Source of the DNA: Opitutales bacterium
GTDB lineage: Bacteria; Verrucomicrobiota; Verrucomicrobiia; Opitutales; JABSRG01
Reading direction: 5' to 3'
DNA length: 30,402 nucleotides
Assembly: GCA_049599475.1 (NCBI GenBank)
Contig: JBMYOQ010000055.1
Span: 1 to 30,402 of the forward strand
In this document: positions 1 through 7,783 of the stretch, piece by piece
Layout of the letters: each line of letters starts with the position of its first letter
How positions within the stretch are numbered: position 1 is the stretch's first letter
The notes under the pieces: model-generated
Database searches by the model: none
Told to the model about the DNA's origin: nothing
The model's input: the letters and a program-made list of their open reading frames with translations, nothing else
Made by a program: the position numbers and the translations under genes

Positions 1-55
1 TGGTGCACTTTCACCCGCAAATTACTGGTGCATTTTAACCGCAAACCGACAATCA
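1..55. mobile_element. Terminus of an IS21-family-like insertion sequence (element lies outside the window to the left)
   Basis: Two tandem ~20-nt repeats (GGTGCACTTTCACCCGCAAA 2-21; GGTGCATTTTAACCGCAAA 27-45), ending ...GACAATCA at 55. The reverse complement, TGATTGTCGGTTTGCGGTTAAAATGCACCA..., closely matches the opposite window end. TG...CA termini with multiple internal repeats are typical of IS21 ends. No transposase is in the window, so the family is inferred. Confidence 0.7.
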
Positions 56-652
56 GCATTAGTTGTCTTCATTCCAATTATTTTAATTTCTTTGTTCTCT
101 GGATGTGCTTCCGTGACTCGTGGTACCATGGATGTTTTAGAAGTTCGATCCGAACCGCCAGGTGCGAAAGTTGAAGTAACCCGAAAAGGTGTGGCCTTTG
201 ATAAGAAGGAAATTGAGCAGAATAATTTAGCTAAAGGTGGCTCCCGAGCCTTTGGACCCTTGGTCGCGACGACTCCTGCTGCTTTCAATTTAAAGCGTGA
301 AGGTAACTATGAGGTCGTAATCAGTAAAACGGGTTACGAGACATTGACAGTGGATGTCACTCATAAAACTGCGGGAGCTGGTGGTGCCGGAATGGCTGGA
401 AACATAATACTCGGTGGTGTTATCGGTGCAGCTATTGACGCTAATTCGGGGGCGACACAGGATCTAACGCCGAACCCTATTGTTGTTAATTTGGAACGGA
501 ATGGGGCTTCTGTGGATAGCGAAGTAACGCAAGAAGCGACTACTGATAAGGAAAAGAAGAAGCAGTTGGAATTATTGAAATCGATCTTTGAGCAAGGCCA
601 AATTACCGAAGATCAATATAAGGCTAAAGAAGCCGAGATCTTGGCGGAGTAG
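56..652 (+). pseudogene. 5'-truncated lipoprotein: PEGA-like domain, glycine-rich helix, C-terminal SHOCT-like domain
   Basis: The frame of ORF 92..652 extends upstream as ALVVFIPIILISLFSG|C (hydrophobic region plus lipobox). The start codon and n-region are replaced by the IS end. VRSEPPGAKV...TTP...VVISKTGYE is PEGA-like; LELLKSIFEQGQITEDQYKAKEAEIL is SHOCT-like. Confidence 0.7.
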
Positions 653-722
653 TCAATCTTTTGGCGGCACCATACCTCCAAGATGCACGTCTCGATGTCG
701 CGTCTTGGTGAGTAGGTGTGAG
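653..722. other. Imperfect hairpin, possible degraded attC site
   Basis: Arms CACCATACCTCCAAGATGCACGTC (668-691) and GATGTCGCGTCTTGGTGAGTAGGTG (694-718) pair with bulges, starting just after the stop codon. No U-tract. Confidence 0.4.
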
Positions 723-766
723 TGTGGAATCCAGATGTAATTCACTTTCCTCGTTATTTATATCTT

Positions 767-836
767 CCTAGCGTTCGACACATTGTGAGGTCCTTATTTC
801 TCAGGGCTATTGTATGATTCGCGGTGTCTTTTGCGG
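767..836 (+). repeat. Diverged partial duplicate of the start of the PhyH gene (other copy 2569-2639)
   Basis: TGAGGTCCTTATTTCTCAGGGCTATTGTATGATTCGCGGTGTCTTTTGCGG (786-836) versus TGAGGTCCTTAATTAGCCAGGGCTATTGTTTGATTCGCGGTGTCTTTGGCGG (2588-2639). CCTAGCGT occurs at 767 and 2569, the same 1802-nt offset. Confidence 0.85.
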
Positions 837-838
837 GC

Positions 839-1114
839 TTTTATGGCTCTTTGTTTGGTGTTGAATTTACCCAGCATCGTCGTGGAGCAGGACTCGAAGG
901 TCCGATGTCTTAGATCTAACCCAAGAGGAATAAAGAGGGTTATACCTCGAATGTAAGACTTGGATTTGTCTGTGAGGATATTGCGCGTGTCTAGGGGTGA
1001 TTGAAGGAGTATGAATATAGAGTGGTTTCGCCTCGTAAGGATTCCGATTGAAGTGTCCGCATGCTTGTTGATGATACTGAAGGGCATCCAATCGGGGTGA
1101 CTCAAGCAGTCTGA
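839..1114 (+). pseudogene. Glyoxalase/bleomycin-resistance (VOC) family pseudogene
   Basis: One frame reads FYGSLFGVEFTQHRRGAG...S*I*P...TSNVRLGFVCEDIARV*G*LKEYEYRVVSPRKDSD*SVRMLVDDTEGHPIGVTQAV*. VOC-like motifs (FY..LFG, LGF..EDI, D.EGH.I) are present with 5 internal stops and no N-terminus. Confidence 0.7.
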
Positions 1115-1257
1115 GCTGGCGAGAGTGAAAAGGTATAATAGGTGACACCGATATTTTCCGGCGCGATTAAATGTTTAGGCGTGGGAGAAACGTTTTTGTT
1201 GCAAGTGGAAGATTCTTGCCATTGGCGCACATACTCTCGACATTAGCGAAATTAGAT

Positions 1258-1797
1258 ATGAAGGAAATTGAGACTCTTGGAACTCGCGTAGTCTACGAGA
1301 ATCGTTGGATGAAGGTTCGAGAAGATATCATAAGGCGGAGGAGTGGTAGTGAGGGAGTTTATGGTGTCGTCGAAAAGCCCCACTTTGCAGTAGTTATTCC
1401 TTTTGATGGTGAGTATCTTTATCTAGTGGATCAGTATCGATATCCAATTGGAGAGCGTTGTCTTGAGTTCCCTCAGGGTTCTTGGGAGGATGCGCCTGAT
1501 GCGGATCCGAAAGAGCTCGCAGCAGGGGAACTGCGTGAGGAGACAGGGTTAGTAGCCAAAAAGATCAGTTACGTCGGTTTTCAATATTCGGCGACGGGAT
1601 ATTCTACACAAGGTTACAACATCTATTTTGCAGAAGACCTGGTTCCGGGGGCGTCTGAACTGGAAGCAGAAGAAGAAGGTTTAGTCACAGTAAAATATAG
1701 CCTCGATGAATTTAAGGTCCTTCTGAAAGCTGGTTCGATTAAGGACGCAACGACGTCTAATGCTTATTTCTTTTCCGTTCTAAATGGTTTCATATAA
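1258..1797 (+). CDS. NUDIX hydrolase (ADP-ribose pyrophosphatase-like)
   Basis: Nudix box PQGSWE...AAGELREETGL; LVDQYRYPI and VVYENRWMKVRED are ADPRase-like. Start moved from 1171 to ATG 1258 (MKEIETLG). Confidence 0.85.
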   Translation: MKEIETLGTRVVYENRWMKVREDIIRRRSGSEGVYGVVEKPHFAVVIPFDGEYLYLVDQYRYPIGERCLEFPQGSWEDAPDADPKELAAGELREETGLVAKKISYVGFQYSATGYSTQGYNIYFAEDLVPGASELEAEEEGLVTVKYSLDEFKVLLKAGSIKDATTSNAYFFSVLNGFI

Positions 1798-1969
1798 GAT
1801 AGCGTTTATTGCCAGCAAGGGGGATACGCTGTCTTCGACGGTTGATGCGATGCAGGCGTGGGGCTTGATGGGATGACACGAAGTCTCTATGCGCGATTAA
1901 TCTTTCCTTAGTTTGGCTTTATTCTGGCGTTATGCAGAAAATTGATCTGCTAGTTTAATTATAGATTCT

Positions 1970-2317
1970 ATGGATAGTTGTGATACCTGTGGTAAAAATC
2001 TGAGCTTTGTAGAAAGTCCAATTTCCGAAGGAGATCATGCTTTTTGCTCAGATTATTTTGTTAGGTCGTCCTCTGGTGAAGTTAAGATGGTTCAGAGTCG
2101 AGATCGAGATTTCGATCACCTTAAGATATTGTTGGTCTATGGGTTTGTGCTTTTACTCGGGTTTGCCATGGCGGTTGTTCCTTGGTTACCGTTAATCACT
2201 GGATGGGAGGGTGAAATGCGTATGACATTCTTAACTCGATTCCTATTTGTCAGTGCGCTGGGCATATTCCTTATGGGATTCTCGGTCAGAAAAATATTTC
2301 GAATACTCAACCATTGA
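1970..2317 (+). CDS. Hypothetical membrane protein with an N-terminal CxxC...C motif and two TM helices
   Basis: MDSCDTCG...FCS followed by two hydrophobic segments. Confidence 0.55.
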   Translation: MDSCDTCGKNLSFVESPISEGDHAFCSDYFVRSSSGEVKMVQSRDRDFDHLKILLVYGFVLLLGFAMAVVPWLPLITGWEGEMRMTFLTRFLFVSALGIFLMGFSVRKIFRILNH

Positions 2318-2583
2318 TAAGTTGTTACTTTGATTGAGAATCGGTGGGCGCGGATTTAGAGCTGGAATGAGTAGGCGGAATGAGAGGAGCAGACTCTTTA
2401 TCAACGGGCCTGAGGGGTTGTATCATAAGAGGTATGGATATGAAGCCAGTGGCGCGAACAATTCAAAGTGGTAGAAGCATGGATGCCTGCGTCGTTTAGT
2501 CGGAGCCTTTTGGTTCCTGAGCGCGGAACTGGAAGGTGAGTTTTCTGTTTTACTGTTCCTAGCTTTGCCCTAGCGTGCGAAGA

Positions 2584-3246
2584 ATGATGAGGTCCTTAAT
2601 TAGCCAGGGCTATTGTTTGATTCGCGGTGTCTTTGGCGGTGATGAACTCGTGGGTCTGCGGCAAGCGGCTGATCGTGTAGCGCATGAATCGGGATCTGCG
2701 TGTGTGCGGAAGCTGGGAGGACGTTCGCGTGTTTTTAGGGACTTGGCGAGTTCGGGGTGCTTGAGTGAACTTCTACCTGGTTTTATTCCGGTTAGGAGTA
2801 TTCTTTTTGATAAGACAGCTCAGGAGAATTGGCCTGTGGCTTGGCATCAGGATCTGACTATATGTGTTCGGGAAATGTGCGATGTTGCAGGTTATGGCCC
2901 CTGGTCTGTCAAAGATGGGGTACATCATGTCCAGCCTCCGGTTAAGGTTTTGAAGCAGATGTTTACACTCAGGGTGCATTTAGATTTCACTCCGTCAACG
3001 AATGGGGCGCTGCGGGTGATTCCGAATTCCCATTCGCTAGGAAGGCTGAGTGCAGAGGAAATCGGAAATGAGGTTGAGAAGGCTGAGGTCGTTTGTGAAT
3101 GCGATGCTGGTGATGTGTTGGCTATGTCGCCGTTACTACTCCATGCCTCTCGCCGTTCAGAGTCCCCATCGCGTAGACGGGTGATTCATATCGAATATGC
3201 ACCCAGAGGCGTTTTGGATTCTCCGCTGGAGTGGTGTGAGGAGTAA
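2584..3246 (+). CDS. Phytanoyl-CoA dioxygenase (PhyH) family Fe(II)/2OG dioxygenase
   Basis: GYCLIRGVF N-terminus, WHQD (HxD), NGALRVIPNSH, distal His in LLHAS, RRVIH. ATG 2584 (or 2587) preferred over GTG 2575. Confidence 0.88.
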   Translation: MMRSLISQGYCLIRGVFGGDELVGLRQAADRVAHESGSACVRKLGGRSRVFRDLASSGCLSELLPGFIPVRSILFDKTAQENWPVAWHQDLTICVREMCDVAGYGPWSVKDGVHHVQPPVKVLKQMFTLRVHLDFTPSTNGALRVIPNSHSLGRLSAEEIGNEVEKAEVVCECDAGDVLAMSPLLLHASRRSESPSRRRVIHIEYAPRGVLDSPLEWCEE

Positions 3247-3322
3247 GGGGTGCGCACGGGCATGCGCGCTTGCGAGGATTCAATAGGGAGCGTTTTGATA
3301 CTGCGGCCTTTTCGGTGCGTAC

Positions 3323-3358
3323 AAAAAATGGCCCCGGAGGGTCTCAAGCTCCGGGGCC
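3323..3358 (-). terminator. Rho-independent terminator
   Basis: Perfect 10-bp stem GGCCCCGGAG/CTCCGGGGCC (3330-3339/3349-3358), with A6 on + (3323-3328) giving a U-tract on -. Confidence 0.85.
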
Positions 3359-3440
3359 GTATCCTTGTTTTCTGATGGCTCTAACTAACTTACGTTACTC
3401 TCAATACTGACTATTATGAACCCCTATGCTGGGGTCTACA
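3323..3440 (-). ncRNA. Candidate small RNA (unrecognised family)
   Basis: Small 5' hairpin (GACCCC-AGCATA-GGGGTT), AU-rich unstructured middle, strong terminator, and an upstream GGAAC-N16-ACTC motif. No ORF seen. Confidence 0.3.
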
Positions 3441-3482
3441 TGATGAGAGTGACGAATCATTAGTTTGTTCCCAGTTTTTGCA

Positions 3483-4130
3483 TTAAATTTCGAATACTTC
3501 TTTGGCGAGCGTGGGCATGTCGGCGAAAATCCCGTCGGCATCGGTCTCTTCTTTTAACTGCTCGACGGTGTGGCTTCCGGTAGCGACGACGTATGCGGCG
3601 TGCATGTTTACGACGCGTGCAGCCTCAACATCGAACGGGGAGTCGCCCACCATGATCGCTTGCTGGGCGGGTATGCCGAGGCGCTCGAGAACGATCTCTG
3701 AGTATTCTTTGTACGGCTTGCGGTAGGGCGTGTCTTCCGCGCCAATGACGAGATCCATATATGGGGTGTAGCCCAAATGTTCGCAGATTTCGCGGGCATG
3801 CGGTCCAAACTTATTGGTAAAGACTGCCAATTGGTGCCCTTTCTCTTTTAACGCAGCGCATAGCTCGAGCGTGCCGGGCAGGATTTCGACATCCTCAAAC
3901 ATGATTTCGGCGAAATGCTCTTTGAAAATGCGGATGGCCTCATCGTAGCGCGGATCCTCGCCAATCAAGCGTTTCATGGTCAGCTGAATCGATCCTCCTA
4001 CCTTTTGGCGGACCGTATCGTAGTCGGCCACAGGGAGGTCTAGAGTGCGCTGTGCGTGGGCGTAGGCGCGGTGGATCGTCGTGAAATGATCGATGAGTGT
4101 GCCATCGAGATCGAAGAGAACAGTGTGCAT
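3483..4130 (-). CDS. HAD-superfamily hydrolase (phosphoglycolate phosphatase-like)
   Basis: Motif I LFDLDGTL, motif II FTNK, RKP, motif IV MVGDSPFD. Start set at ATG 4130 (MHTVLF). Confidence 0.9.
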   Translation of the reverse strand: MHTVLFDLDGTLIDHFTTIHRAYAHAQRTLDLPVADYDTVRQKVGGSIQLTMKRLIGEDPRYDEAIRIFKEHFAEIMFEDVEILPGTLELCAALKEKGHQLAVFTNKFGPHAREICEHLGYTPYMDLVIGAEDTPYRKPYKEYSEIVLERLGIPAQQAIMVGDSPFDVEAARVVNMHAAYVVATGSHTVEQLKEETDADGIFADMPTLAKEVFEI

Positions 4131-4184
4131 GGAAAGAATCTTTGCGTGACAGGTAAAATTTCGTCTCCATAACAGAGCCAGAGC

Positions 4185-5333
4185 ATGGGGACACAAGGGG
4201 AAAACGCACAGCTAAGGGTCGAGGCCGAAAATGGGGTCTTGTCTATTCTCTTGAGCGGCGACTGGTGTCTGAGTTCGGGACTGTCGGAGATTTCTGGTCG
4301 GGTTCGGGCCGCTTTTGAAGAAAGTGCGGGCGAAGAGGTCCGAGAACTCATGCTGGATACACGCGCAATCGGTAAATGGGATAGCGCGGTGATGCCGGTG
4401 ATTCTCGAGGCATATCACCTGGCGTCTGAGAAGGAGCTCGAGTGGCGAGATGAGCATTTGTCGGAGGGGTTGAAAGCGCTTTTGGGCTTGGCCACGGCGG
4501 TTGATGAAAAGGAAGGCGCGGTGCGTAAGGCACGAGACCGAAATGTTTTTGAACAGGTGGGTGATGCCGTCATCGAATTGCGATCAGATGCAGATGTCTG
4601 GCTGAAGTTCCTCGGGGATTGTTTGCTCGGGTTTTTGGACATTTTACGGGGGCGAGCACGTTTTCGTTGGCGAGACTTTTGGCTGACAATGCAAAAAGTG
4701 GGGCCCGATGCTCTGCCGATTGTGACTTTGATCAGCTTCCTTGTCGGTTTGATTGTAGCTTTCCTGGGCGCGGTGGTGCTGGTGCGTTTCGGGGCCTCGT
4801 ATTATGTTAGCTACTTGGTCGGCTATGGGATGCTTCGTGAAATGGGTGCTTTGATGGTGGGCATTATCATGTCCGGACGGACGGGTGCGGCTTTCGCTGC
4901 GGAAATCGGTAGCATGAAGGTGAACGAAGAGATCGATGCTTTGGAGACGCTGGGCATCAATCCGATCGTATTTATCGTTTTTCCCAGAATGTTGGCTCTG
5001 TTCCTATTAATGCCGCTCCTCGTGATTTTCGCGGATTTGATTGGGGTGCTCTCGGGTATGATGATTTCCAATCTGATGCTCGACCAGGCGGTGCCTATTT
5101 TTATGAAGGGCTTCTTGGAGGCAGTAGGCCTACCCGACTTTTTGCTGGGCATAGGCAAAGGGGTCTGTTTCGGAATGATTGTCGCAGCTTCCGGATGCTT
5201 GCGTGGATTATTGAGTGGAAAGAGCGCAGACTCTGTGGGGCAAGCTGCGACTTCGGCGGTGGTTACCAGCATTACTCTAATTGTCGCATGTAATACTTTA
5301 ATCGACTACTTTGCTGCGACCTTTGGAATTTAA
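4185..5333 (+). CDS. mlaE: MlaE-family ABC permease with N-terminal STAS-like domain
   Basis: LREMGALMVGIIMSGRTGAAFAAEIGSMKVNEEIDALETLG and VGQAATSAVV are MlaE signatures. Confidence 0.92.
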   Translation: MGTQGENAQLRVEAENGVLSILLSGDWCLSSGLSEISGRVRAAFEESAGEEVRELMLDTRAIGKWDSAVMPVILEAYHLASEKELEWRDEHLSEGLKALLGLATAVDEKEGAVRKARDRNVFEQVGDAVIELRSDADVWLKFLGDCLLGFLDILRGRARFRWRDFWLTMQKVGPDALPIVTLISFLVGLIVAFLGAVVLVRFGASYYVSYLVGYGMLREMGALMVGIIMSGRTGAAFAAEIGSMKVNEEIDALETLGINPIVFIVFPRMLALFLLMPLLVIFADLIGVLSGMMISNLMLDQAVPIFMKGFLEAVGLPDFLLGIGKGVCFGMIVAASGCLRGLLSGKSADSVGQAATSAVVTSITLIVACNTLIDYFAATFGI

Positions 5334-5336
5334 GAT

Positions 5337-6095
5337 ATGAACAGCCCCAACGCAGACAGAATCACCGTCCGTGGCCTGAAGATGGCCTATGGTGATTTCG
5401 TGGTGATGCAGGATCTGAATTTTGAGGTCAAGCAGGCTGAAGTGATGGTCATCATGGGCTTGAGCGGGTGTGGTAAGAGCACTCTTCTGAGGCATTTGAT
5501 TGGGATCAAAGAGCCGGCTGCCGGTGATATTTCTTATGACGGCCAAGACTTCGTGAATGCGGGAGTCAAGGAGCGTGAGCAGATGCTTCGGAATTTCGGT
5601 GTTACATTTCAGGCGGGGGCTCTGTGGAGTTCATTGACTCTCGCTGAGAACGTCATGTTGCCGCTGGAGCAGTATACAGATCTCTCGGTCAGAGATATGC
5701 GTGCCTTGGCGTCCACCAAATTGGCGCTAGTCGGGCTGAACGGATTCGAAGATTATTACCCCTCTGAGATCAGTGGGGGTATGCGCAAGCGTGCTGGATT
5801 GGCACGGGCCATCGCGATGGATCCGGAAATTTTGTTTTTCGATGAGCCGTCAGCGGGGTTGGATCCCCTGAGCTCGCACCGTTTGGACGATTTGATTCTG
5901 CGCCTTCGGGATTCCCTGGGTTCGACAGTTGTCATCGTGACCCACGAGCTCGCAAGTATATTTGCGATCGGCGACCGAGCTATATACCTCGATGTTGAAG
6001 AAAAAACGATAAGCGCCGTTGGGAATCCTAAAGAAATGAGGGATAATCCGCCAAATTCGCGTGTCGGTGCTTTCCTCCGACGCGGCGAATCATGA
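5337..6095 (+). CDS. mlaF: MlaF-family ABC ATP-binding protein
   Basis: Walker A GLSGCGKS, ISGGMRKRAGLARA, FFDEPSAGLDP, VTHEL. Confidence 0.93.
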   Translation: MNSPNADRITVRGLKMAYGDFVVMQDLNFEVKQAEVMVIMGLSGCGKSTLLRHLIGIKEPAAGDISYDGQDFVNAGVKEREQMLRNFGVTFQAGALWSSLTLAENVMLPLEQYTDLSVRDMRALASTKLALVGLNGFEDYYPSEISGGMRKRAGLARAIAMDPEILFFDEPSAGLDPLSSHRLDDLILRLRDSLGSTVVIVTHELASIFAIGDRAIYLDVEEKTISAVGNPKEMRDNPPNSRVGAFLRRGES

Positions 6096-6148
6096 TATTG
6101 CCAAGTTATTATTGACCCCAGCATGGAATCCTTCCGAATCAATCAACT

Positions 6149-7147
6149 ATGAGTAAGCGTGCGAATCCCGTCACCATAGGCATTTTTGTGGTGAGTGCTT
6201 TTGTCCTGTTGTTGGGCACGCTTTCCTTCCTGGGGGCCACTAAGCTCATGCGAGAGAACCCGCGCTATGTGCTCTTTTTTGACGAGTCGGTCAACGGGTT
6301 GGACGTCGGTGCGTGGGTAAAATTTAAGGGAGTGCCGGTGGGGCGAGTTGCCGAGATTCGCATTCGAATGCCCAACCAGTTGCCAGAGCTCGATGGCGTT
6401 CCAGTGATTATAGAACTCTATGACCAACATATCGTAGACAATTTAGGGGCACAGTCTGTGGTAAGCGACCCCGAGAACCTTGCGCAACATATACGGCTGG
6501 GGCTCCGTGCTCGCTTGAATACCGAAAGCTTGATCACGGGTCTTCTCTTTGTGGAGCTGGATTATGTCGAAAATGCTCCCGAGCCCATCTATTATCAGGA
6601 TGTGCCAGAGCTTTTGGAAATCCCGACAGTCCCTTCGCAGCTACAAGAGATTGCGCGTAACGCGACCGCTGCTATCGCGAAGATTGGGGACATCGATTTT
6701 GCGGAACTTGGTCGCAATATGAACCGGCTGCTGTTCACGGTGAATGCGCGCGTGGATCAATTGGATGTGCGAGGGCTCTCTAGCCGAATGAATAATATTT
6801 TGGGAGAAATCGAGAGCATTGTCGAAGGTGACCGTATGGTGAGAGTGGTCGAAAATCTCGATTCGACGGTTCTCTCAATTCAGGCTGTTTCGAACAATAT
6901 TAATGATGCCTTGCCTCAGCTCCTAGAAGATGTGAACCGGGCTGTTGAGTCTCTAGATACTACCTTTGAGCAAGCGACCAAGACTCTCGAGTCGGTGGAT
7001 AATGCGGTATCCCCCAAGGCCAAGCTTTATAAAGAGTTGGTCGCCACGGTCGAGGAGGCTCAGGCTACCTTGCGGGCCGTCAAAGACTTGGCGGTATTCA
7101 TTGAAAACAACCCCAACGCGCTCGTGACTGGGCGCTCGGACACATAA
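6149..7147 (+). CDS. MCE/MlaD-domain protein with long helical C-terminus
   Basis: N-terminal TM, FDESVNGLDVGAWVKFKGVPVGRV, LITGLLFVELD, and C-terminal NPNALVTG as in PqiB-type proteins. Confidence 0.9.
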   Translation: MSKRANPVTIGIFVVSAFVLLLGTLSFLGATKLMRENPRYVLFFDESVNGLDVGAWVKFKGVPVGRVAEIRIRMPNQLPELDGVPVIIELYDQHIVDNLGAQSVVSDPENLAQHIRLGLRARLNTESLITGLLFVELDYVENAPEPIYYQDVPELLEIPTVPSQLQEIARNATAAIAKIGDIDFAELGRNMNRLLFTVNARVDQLDVRGLSSRMNNILGEIESIVEGDRMVRVVENLDSTVLSIQAVSNNINDALPQLLEDVNRAVESLDTTFEQATKTLESVDNAVSPKAKLYKELVATVEEAQATLRAVKDLAVFIENNPNALVTGRSDT

Positions 7148-7157
7148 AAGGATTTTG

Positions 7158-7733
7158 ATGCCCAAGACCCACCAAGCACCTATTTTGAAGATACTCGTTA
7201 TCGCACTGATGGCGGTCTGTGTCTCGGGATGCAGCATGCTCAAACCTGTCGAGGATCAGACCGCATATTACCGGCTATCGGCGATGAATCTTGAGCAGAC
7301 ATCGGCGGAAACGCTCGGGCGAATGCCCTTGAAGCGCATCGTCGAAGTGAAGTTTCCAAAAGATGTGCACGGGGGAAAGCTGATGATCACCGAAAAGGTG
7401 AACACGGTATTAGTCTTCGACGAAGCGCGCTGGATGGAACCGTTTTCAAGCGCTTTTGAGCGGACTTTGGACCTGAATGTTCGAGCCTTGCTGGATCGCT
7501 CCTATGAGGACGCGACGGTCATCGTGGACGTGCTCTCCTTTGTTGCCACGGATTCCGAGGTGAAGTGCACCTACACCTACCGGTGGTCCGAGGGCCATGG
7601 AGGAAGCGGGGTGATGGACGCTAGCGAGTCTTGGATGGGTTTAGAATCCAAAGAAAGCCTTGTGGCGGCGATCGACGCCATGACTGCCCAAATGTCTCGT
7701 GCTATTGTGCAAGGGACGCGCAAGGACTCTTAG
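7158..7733 (+). CDS. PqiC-like ABC transport auxiliary lipoprotein
   Basis: Lipobox VSG|C, YYRLS, RWMEP motif; last gene of the MCE operon. Confidence 0.7.
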   Translation: MPKTHQAPILKILVIALMAVCVSGCSMLKPVEDQTAYYRLSAMNLEQTSAETLGRMPLKRIVEVKFPKDVHGGKLMITEKVNTVLVFDEARWMEPFSSAFERTLDLNVRALLDRSYEDATVIVDVLSFVATDSEVKCTYTYRWSEGHGGSGVMDASESWMGLESKESLVAAIDAMTAQMSRAIVQGTRKDS

Positions 7734-7783
7734 GCGACGGTTCGCCCGACCATTTGTGTGTGAACACAGTCTTAAGAATCGGC

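Noticed and set aside
1..55. Terminal ~20-nt repeats as a CRISPR array or iterons
   Set aside because: Only two units per end with ~5-nt gaps, inverted between window ends and bounded by TG/CA. This fits transposon ends; no cas or rep gene is present.
839..1114. Stop-codon reassignment or readthrough in the VOC remnant
   Set aside because: TAG, TAA and TGA all occur internally, and the other genes use the standard code.
794..1148. Minus-strand ORFs 794..1105 and 867..1148
   Set aside because: Antisense shadows of the plus-strand VOC pseudogene with no recognisable motifs.
2318..2480. Possible further gene remnant (LYHKRYGY, faintly GNAT-like) and a GGAATGAG direct repeat
   Set aside because: Too short and degenerate to support a call.
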